From positions 150,598,001-150,662,000 of the forward strand of contig OZ024740.1 in assembly GCA_964016885.1 (NCBI GenBank): a DNA stretch of 64,000 nt, read 5' to 3'. How positions within the stretch are numbered: position 1 is the first letter of the stretch; each line of letters begins with the position of its first letter. Positions 54,100 through 64,000 of this stretch are shown here, piece by piece. The stretch comes from Eledone cirrhosa. Taxonomy: Eukaryota. Both the position numbers and the translations under genes were made by a program. Under the pieces are notes generated by a model. The model had not been told where the DNA came from. It was given only the letters and a program-made list of their open reading frames with translations, and did no database searches.

Positions 54100-54794
54100 G
54101 GTGGTGTTGTTGTTGGTGGTGTTGTTGTTGGTGGTGTTGTTGTTGATGGTGTTGTTGTTTGTGATGTTCTTGTTGGTGGTGTTGTTGTTGTAGTTGGTGG
54201 TGTTGTTGTGGTGTTGTTGTTGGTGGTGTTGTTGTTGTGGTGTTGTTGTTGGTGGTGTTGTTGTTGTTGTTGTTGTTGGTGTTGTTGTTGGTGTTGTTGT
54301 TGGTGGTGTTGTTGTTGGTGTTGTTGTTGTTGTTGGTGTTGGTGTTGTTGGTGTTGTTGTTGGAGGTGTTGTTGTTGGTGGTGTTGTTGTTGGTGTTGTT
54401 GTTGTTGGTGTTGTTGTTGGTGGTGTTGTTGTTGGTGGTGTTGTTGTTGGTGTTGTTGTTGTTGGTGGTGTTGTTGGTGGTGTTGTTGTTGGTGTTGTTG
54501 TTGCTGGTGTTGTTGGTGATGGTGTTGTTGTTGGTGTTGTTGTTGGTGGTGTTGTTGTTGGTGGTGTTGTTGTTGGTGGTGTTGTTGTTGGTGGTGTTGT
54601 TGTTGGTGGTGTTGCTGTTGGTGGTGTTGTTGTTGTGGTGTTGTTGGTGGTGTTGTTGTTCGTGGTGTTGTTGTTGGTGGCGTTGATGTTGATGGTGCTG
54701 TTGTTGGTGGTGTTGTTGTTGGTGTTGTTGTTGTTGATGGTGTTGTTGTTGGTGTTGTTGTTGGTGGTGTTGTTGGTGGTGGTGTTGTTGGTGG

Positions 54795-54828
<34 letters not shown>

Positions 54829-56334
54829 GATGGTGTTGTAGTTGTTGGTGTTGTTGTTGGTGGCGTTGTTGTTGTTGGTGTTGTTGTTGTTGGTGTTGTT
54901 GTTGGTGGTGTTGTTGTTAGTGGTGTTGTTGTTGGTGGTGTTGTTGGTGGTGTTGTTGTTGGTGGCGTTGTTGTTGGTGGTGTTGTTGTTGGTGGTGTTG
55001 TTGATGGTGGTGTTGTTGATGGTGTTGTTGTTGTTGTTGGTGTTGTTGTTGGTGGTGTTGTTGTTGGTGGTGTTGTTGTTGGTGTTGTTGTTGTTGATGG
55101 TGTTGTTATTGGTGTTGTTGTTGGTGGCGTTGTTGTTGTTGGTGTTGTTGTTGTTGTTGTTGGTGGTGTTGTTGTTAGTGGTGTTGTTGTTGGTGGTGTT
55201 GTTGGTGGTGTTGTTGTTGGTGGTGTTGTTGTTGGTGGCATTGTTGTTGATGGTGTTGTTGTTGGTGTGTTGTTGTTGGTGGTGTTGTTGTTGGTGTTGC
55301 TGTTGTTGATGGTGTTGTTGTTGGTGTTGTTGTTGGTGGTGTTGTTGTTGTTGGTGTTGTTGTTGGTGGTGTTGTTGTTGTTGGTGGTGTTGTTGTTAGT
55401 GGTGTTGTTGTTAGTGGTGTTGTTGTTGGTGGTGTTGTTGTTGGTGGTGTTGTTGTTAGTGGTGTTGTTGTTGGTGGTGTTGTTGGTGGTGTTGTTGTTG
55501 GTGGTGTTGTTGATGGTGGTGTTGTTGATGGTGTTGTTGTTGTTGTTGGTGTTGTTGTTGGTGGTGTTGTTGTTGGTGTTGCTGTTGTTGATGGTGTTGT
55601 TGTTGGTGTTGTTGTTGGTGGTGTTGTTGTTGTTGGTGTTGTTGTTGGTGGTGTTGTTGTTGTTGGTAGTGTTGTTGTTGGTGGTGTTGTTGTTGGTGGC
55701 GTTGATGTTGATGGTGCTGTTGTTGGTGGTGTTGTTGTTGGTAGTGTTGTTGTTGGTGTTGTTGTTGGTGGTCTTGTTGTTCATGATGTTGTTGTTGGTG
55801 GTGTTGTTGTTGGTGGTGTTGTTGTTGGTGTTGTTGTTGGTGGTGTTGTTGTTGTTGGTGTTGTTGTTGGTGGTGTTGTTGTTGGTAGTGTTGTTGTTGG
55901 TGTTGTTGTTGTTGGTGTTGTTGTTAGTGTTGTTGTTGTTGGTGGTGTTGTTGTTGGTGGCGTTGTTGTTGATGGTGTTGTTGTTGGTGGCGTTGTTGTT
56001 GGTGGTGTTGTTGTTGGTGGTGTTGTTGTTGGTGTTGTTGTTGGTATTGTTGTTGTTGGTGGTGTTGTTGTTGGTGGCGTTGTTGTTGATGGTGTTGTTG
56101 TTGGTGGCGTTGTTGTTGGTGGTGTTGTTGTTGGTGGTGTTGTTGTTGGTGTTGTTGATGATGTTGTTGTTGGTGGTGTTGTTGTAGGTGGTGTTGTTGT
56201 TGGTGGTGTTGTTGTTGGTGTTTTTGTTGTTGGTGGTGATGTTGTTGGTGGTGGTGTTGTTGGTGGTGTTGTTGTTGGTGGTGGTGTTGTTGACGGTGTT
56301 ATTGTTGGTGGTGTTATTGTTGGTGGTGTTGTTG
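54100..56334. repeat. 2.2-kb compound (GTT)n/(GGT)n satellite
   Basis: Read directly from the sequence. Confidence 0.95.
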
Positions 56335-57123
56335 TATACTCCTAGGTTAGAAATCTAGAATCACAATTATCCAACATTTCTTTTATCTAGTTTGAGGGAG
56401 GAGATATGTGTGCTATTTCTAGCAAGTCATACGACGACATTGCATGATAGTGAACTGTAAATGCCTAATTTTTGTCTAGAGAAGAATGAAGGAGACCTTC
56501 GTCGCTTTCGACGATGAGCGCTCCAGTTGTTCGTTTAACAGAATAGCTGAGCTGGTTCATAATATTAAGGTGTAAGTGGCTGAGAATTTCATAGACAGGT
56601 GTACTCATAACGTAATTCACAAGCACAGTCAATCTGACGGATTCCAAAGTGTTTCCGTTTATGTCATTCCATTCACAAGGCTTAGATTGACACGAGGCTA
56701 TTGTAAGTTACACTTGTACAAGATATCACTTAGTGGGACCGAACCTGGGATCTAATGATTGCCATGCGAGATTCTTAAGCATTCGGCCTTGCTGCGTCCA
56801 TAGTAATCAAGTATAATGTGATGGTGACGAGATGGTGTAATATGCAGTATAATGGGAAGTGGTTTTGTGATTCTAGCAGTAGTGGAGAAGTTAGGGTATT
56901 ATTATACAATATATTATGGGGTTTTTCCATATATTAATGTTTTTTAATTTGAATTCTTTCAAGCAAAATATAAATTATTGAAATGTTTAAATGTTTGGTT
57001 GGAATTATAATTTATTGCAGAAAACATATTATTTTACAGTTGGCAGGCTCTCTATTAGTTTCTATCAACTTCACTTATCTATTCTACTTTTTTTCCCCAG
57101 ACTCAGTTTCTCCTTCTCTGTAG

Positions 57124-57855
<732 letters not shown>

Positions 57856-58087
57856 ATCTGTGTGCATACACATATTTATTTATCTATTTATATGGCTGTC
57901 TCTACAACTACATTTCTGTTCTGATGTTGGATTTTGGTGAATGAGTGAGTAATAGAAATAGAAGTATATGTAGAAGGCAAAATATATATCTCAATATTTC
58001 TAATTATAGCTAGGAAGATGTTTATGTTACTCAGGGTCCTAGAGTTTCGTGTGGAAGCACGTATGAAACTGAATAGGGTTTAAATAA

Positions 58088-58411
58088 TAGATGTAATATA
58101 AAATATAACTGTTTCTACTTTTGGCACAAGACCAAAAATTATTCCAGCGCATTACTGGTACTTTATTTTATCGACCCCATAAGAATGAAAAGCAAAGTTA
58201 ACCTCGGCAGGATTTGAACTCAGACCGAAAAGGGACGTAACTCTATGCTGCAAAGCATGGCGTCCGACTCTTTACCGATACTGCCAATCCATCGCCCTTG
58301 TAATATAAAATATAATTGTTTCAACTTTTTGGCACAAGGCCAGCAATTACCCAGTACATTACTGGTACTTTACTTTATCGACCCCGTAAGGATGAAAAGC
58401 AAAGTTAACCT
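58088..58411 (-). mobile_element. SINE family A full copy plus a partial copy
   Basis: Same core and B box as 2830-3018; tgtaatataaaatataa occurs three times around the copies (58072, 58299, 58411). Confidence 0.85.
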
Positions 58412-59196
58412 GTAATATAAAATATAATGTCTGATTGTTTGCTAAATTTCCATGAAATATCACATGATATGAGAAATATATAAAGCTTACTAACTATTTA
58501 ATGTATCTAAACAAACGTATATATGAATACGCACACGCAAGCAGAGAAACACGTACAAAAAGAAAAAGCCCTTGTTACGACAGATGTATGTAAATGACGG
58601 CCGTTGCTATTGTTTGGGCGGGGACGTGATTTGTACTAACTTACGTCTAGTGTGGATTATATCTTGTCGGTCAAGTTGAGTTTAGATATATGAGTTTGGT
58701 GATAGCGCGTTTGTTTGGAGTCACTTTGCGTCAAGACATACTATACGTATATATACGCAGATTTGAAATAACAATAAATATTTACAACGATATTTTTAAT
58801 TACGTGTAAACATGAACATTCAAATGTGCTGCTGAAATCCACAAAAAATATTTTACTCACACCGTATGATATATATATATATATATATTTATATTTAGAA
58901 ACACACAGATACATGCGGACACACACATATATACATGAATGCATCCGCACCCAACTGTGAGTTAAGGGTGCCAACTTCACCGAAGCTTCCATTACTCATA
59001 CTTCTCGCCTTCTTCACTACCTCTTCTACGGCCTCGATATGAATACCCCCTCCGCCTCCGTGGTATTTTCTTCGTGGTTATAAGAGGCTTAGCTCTGTTT
59101 CTCGACCGTTATATCGCGTGACTATCTCCCCCTCCGCCTTTTGGGATTCTTTCTCACGTCGTGTAGACGCGTTCTTGAGACTAGTAAAATGAGGTA

Positions 59197-59284
59197 TCCT
59201 CTTGATAAGTCGGCAGACCTCGCAGGGACTCTATATCTTTGATATATTGTTTTTGTTTATGCCACGAAACTACGTAGTCGAGGA
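59197..59284 (+). ncRNA. Hammerhead ribozyme with U3-A8 core
   Basis: tcctc TTGATAA gtcggca...tgccac GAAAC tacgta GTC gagga; 5-bp stem I and 10-nt palindrome actacgtagt. Confidence 0.75.
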
Positions 59285-59428
59285 ATTTAGGAACAGTTTA
59301 GGTATGATACATTTTATTACTAATTATATCTAAATGTTTCTTCTCTCTTCATAATGTATATATATTTATATATATCATTCGGTGTGAGTAAAATATTTTC
59401 TGTGGATTTTAGCAGCACATCTATATAT

Positions 59429-59621
<193 letters not shown>

Positions 59622-59641
59622 ATATATTGAGAAACACACAT

Positions 59642-59682
59642 ATTTAGGTATAGCACATCATATTTTGAACTAAGAAAAGAAA

Positions 59683-59721
<39 letters not shown>

Positions 59722-59891
59722 TATAATGTTATTCTACGAACAAAGTACCTGTAGGTTTCTCATTAGTTCGCCAGAGATGGTTTTGTTTTCTTTCACTTCG
59801 AATTTAACTTGAACATATGCTGAACAACTGGTTTCTATAATTGAGCATACTTTCTTTTCTTAGTTCAAAATATGATGTGCTATATCTAAAT
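59642..59891. repeat. 45-bp inverted repeat pair enclosing a TA tract (unit J)
   Basis: atttaggtatagcacatcatattttgaactaagaaaagaaagtat at 59642-59686 versus 59847-59891, 1 mismatch. Confidence 0.7.
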
Positions 59892-60200
59892 CTTACAAAG
59901 ATTTGTCACAATTACTATTGTACTAGTATTGTTTCTTTTTGTTGTTCAGTATGCTTCCTACATCACTGACCCTTTTTATATTTTGATCTTCACAACTATC
60001 CTTTCAACAGATTACATTGTATAATGACTTTGTCACTACATCGTAAGGGGATAACATCGTGATGAATATGTATATTCACATGCAAGTGGGAATAGTAAAG
60101 CTAATAGATATGGTAGAATATCGGTTCTATATACATATGTACATACATACATGCATACCTACATGTATATATGCATGCATATATAAGGACAATTCATAAG

Positions 60201-60297
<97 letters not shown>

Positions 60298-60448
60298 TGA
60301 CTGTGTGTGTCCGTGTGTGTCTGTGTGTACATCTGTGTAATTATTAAGGAATTTGATTATCCAACAATTTTTATCAATCTTGAAAAGGTTGGTTTCCCAA
60401 AAGCAAAATAGAAATAGCTTATACATATATATATATGCGTGTGTGTGT

Positions 60449-60636
60449 GTCAGATCAGTCTTGAGTGCTACTGGTAACATGTAACCCAGTACAACCTGTC
60501 GCATGGTTGGGTCATCGGCGACTAAACCGGTAACCCCACCAACTTTACCTGATGAGGAGGGTAATTTTGGACACCCTGCAGGACAAAAAGCAAAACCTGA
60601 CAAAGGGCGGAAGAACTCTTAAGAGTCAACGGCCAT
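60449..60636 (+). mobile_element. About 188-bp structured repeat, copy 2
   Basis: Same start and end as 35662-35850. Confidence 0.65.
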
Positions 60637-60923
60637 CTAAAAGAAAAAAAAATCCTGCCAAATCAATTGGTGGCAGTAGTTCCAGCTGCACACATCGAAA
60701 GACTGGTCTAGTTGTTCTGAGAATAATGCAGCTTTGCAGATGATCAATGCAAATTGACAATGGAAAGGCGCTCCCGCTCGAGTTAAAAGAGAACTATTGA
60801 CCTTCAGGAGAAGCAGCAACCCCTGATTGTATTCAGCAACCGAAATAAATATGAAGTACACCAAATCCAATGGTCCCGTGGGCGGCCCTGGTGCTTCTTA
60901 TTTGCGAGTGTAAACTCGGCCAG

Positions 60924-60954
<31 letters not shown>

Positions 60955-60969
60955 AATATATATATATAT

Positions 60970-62845
<1,876 letters not shown>

Positions 62846-63565
62846 GAGGGAGAGAGAGAGGTGTAAAATGCTGACTGCGGCACCAAGCTGTTTCGGTGAA
62901 TAATCTACTATTTCTCTTTTTTTTTGGTAAGGTGCGTGAAGCTCAGTGCGTTATTAAAGCCGACAGCATGCATGAATCCAAGTCAAGGGTGTACTACAAA
63001 GGGTTAAGATACTTCAACTAAAAAACAGTTAAAATAGTGAAATCCGCAAAGCATAAATAATTATTAAAAAAATGAAAAGTAAGTTTGTTATTCAAATTCA
63101 ACAATTGTTTCTATAGAGATAAATGCAGTGCCAATACATATAATCAACCAATTAATCAGTCAAACAATTGATAATTAATAATTTAAATGGCATTCAGACA
63201 AAAATCGTTATTTCATCAGGAAAGAATAGATAGATGAGTTGAGTTACTTGATGCATCCAGAAGAATATAAATAAAAAATATATAAAATGGTAAAAGCAAT
63301 CTTTCGAAATGCGAAGAGAATAAAAAAAAATATTGAGCAAGTGATTTTGCGTAAAGAGAGAATAATCTATTAGTATAAGCATTAAAGGTGAAGTTGCACA
63401 GTAGAGAGCCATATTGCTATAAAGTGGGCTTCGCAGATTTGAAATAACAATGCATATTTATAACGATAATATTTTTAATTACGTGTAAACAGGTACATTC
63501 AAATGTGCTGCTGAAATCCATGGAAAATATTTTACTCACTCCGAATAAAAATATGCATACATATG

Positions 63566-63597
<32 letters not shown>

Positions 63598-63658
63598 TGT
63601 ATGTATGTATGTATGTATGTATGTATGTATGTATGTATGTATGTATGTATGTATGTAT

Positions 63659-64000
63659 GTCAGGTCACCAGTTGGTGCTACTGGTAACATGTATCCCAGT
63701 ACAACCTGTCTCATGGTCGGGTCGTTGGCGACTAAACTGGCAACCCCACCAAGGTTTCTTGGTGAGGAGGGTGACTTTGGACATCCTGCAGGACTAAAAA
63801 CAAAACCTGTCAAAGGGCAAGGGAGCTCTTAAGAGTCAATAGCCATCCAAAATCACCGGGAGAGATGACCCCTTAGCCTTTGTCAAGGCAGAATTCTAGG
63901 AGAAGGAAAACTCTGATATAACACCTGCAACCCTGATGGTATCCAATGATGTTGACTTGTTCTTCTTTTTGGTAAATATCATCTTGGTTAAGAGAGTGGA
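63659..64000 (+). mobile_element. Longer copy of the structured repeat, continuing into RTE-like 5' UTR
   Basis: Shares 63659-63846 with copies 1 and 2, then continues to ctaggagaaggaaaactctga, typical of RTE 5' regions. Confidence 0.6.

Noticed and set aside
54039-56187. 581-aa Asn/Thr/Pro/Gln-rich mucin-like ORF and overlapping Leu/Val ORFs
   Set aside because: These are translations of a (GTT/GGT)n satellite that lacks stops in several frames and drifts between frames; there is no unique domain
63659-63760. HDV-like ribozyme at the RTE-like 5' end
   Set aside because: P4-like and CUAA-like pieces exist, but there is no room for the P1 3' strand and no proper L3/P1.1, so the topology could not be built

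Overview
This is AT-rich, microsatellite-dense eukaryotic DNA. The SINE, LINE and microsatellite content suggests an octopus or other cephalopod genome, which is an inference. I found no convincing host gene, and almost all ORFs in the track are translations of (TA)n, (CA)n or (GTT)n repeats. The window is a patchwork of tRNA-derived SINEs, decayed LINEs (L1/Tx1-like, RTE, CR1/L2-like, R4/Dong-like), one Chapaev3-like DNA transposon and three Penelope-like element (PLE) coding fragments with GIY-YIG endonuclease. The main unexplained structure is a set of about 11 mutually unrelated fold-back (palindromic) units sitting in or beside (TA)n tracts. The usual layout is (TA)n - inverted arm - sense arm - unique tail - (TA)n. 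Most units carry a type I hammerhead ribozyme (HHR) fold, and more than a dozen HHR-like motifs were found by eye. Three unrelated HHRs share a compensated U3-A8 core (UUGANAA) in place of C3-G8, and several tails share an ATTGAGTAC-like motif about 40-50 nt from the TA junction. All RNA folds were derived by hand and activity is untested. Coordinates of decayed elements are approximate.
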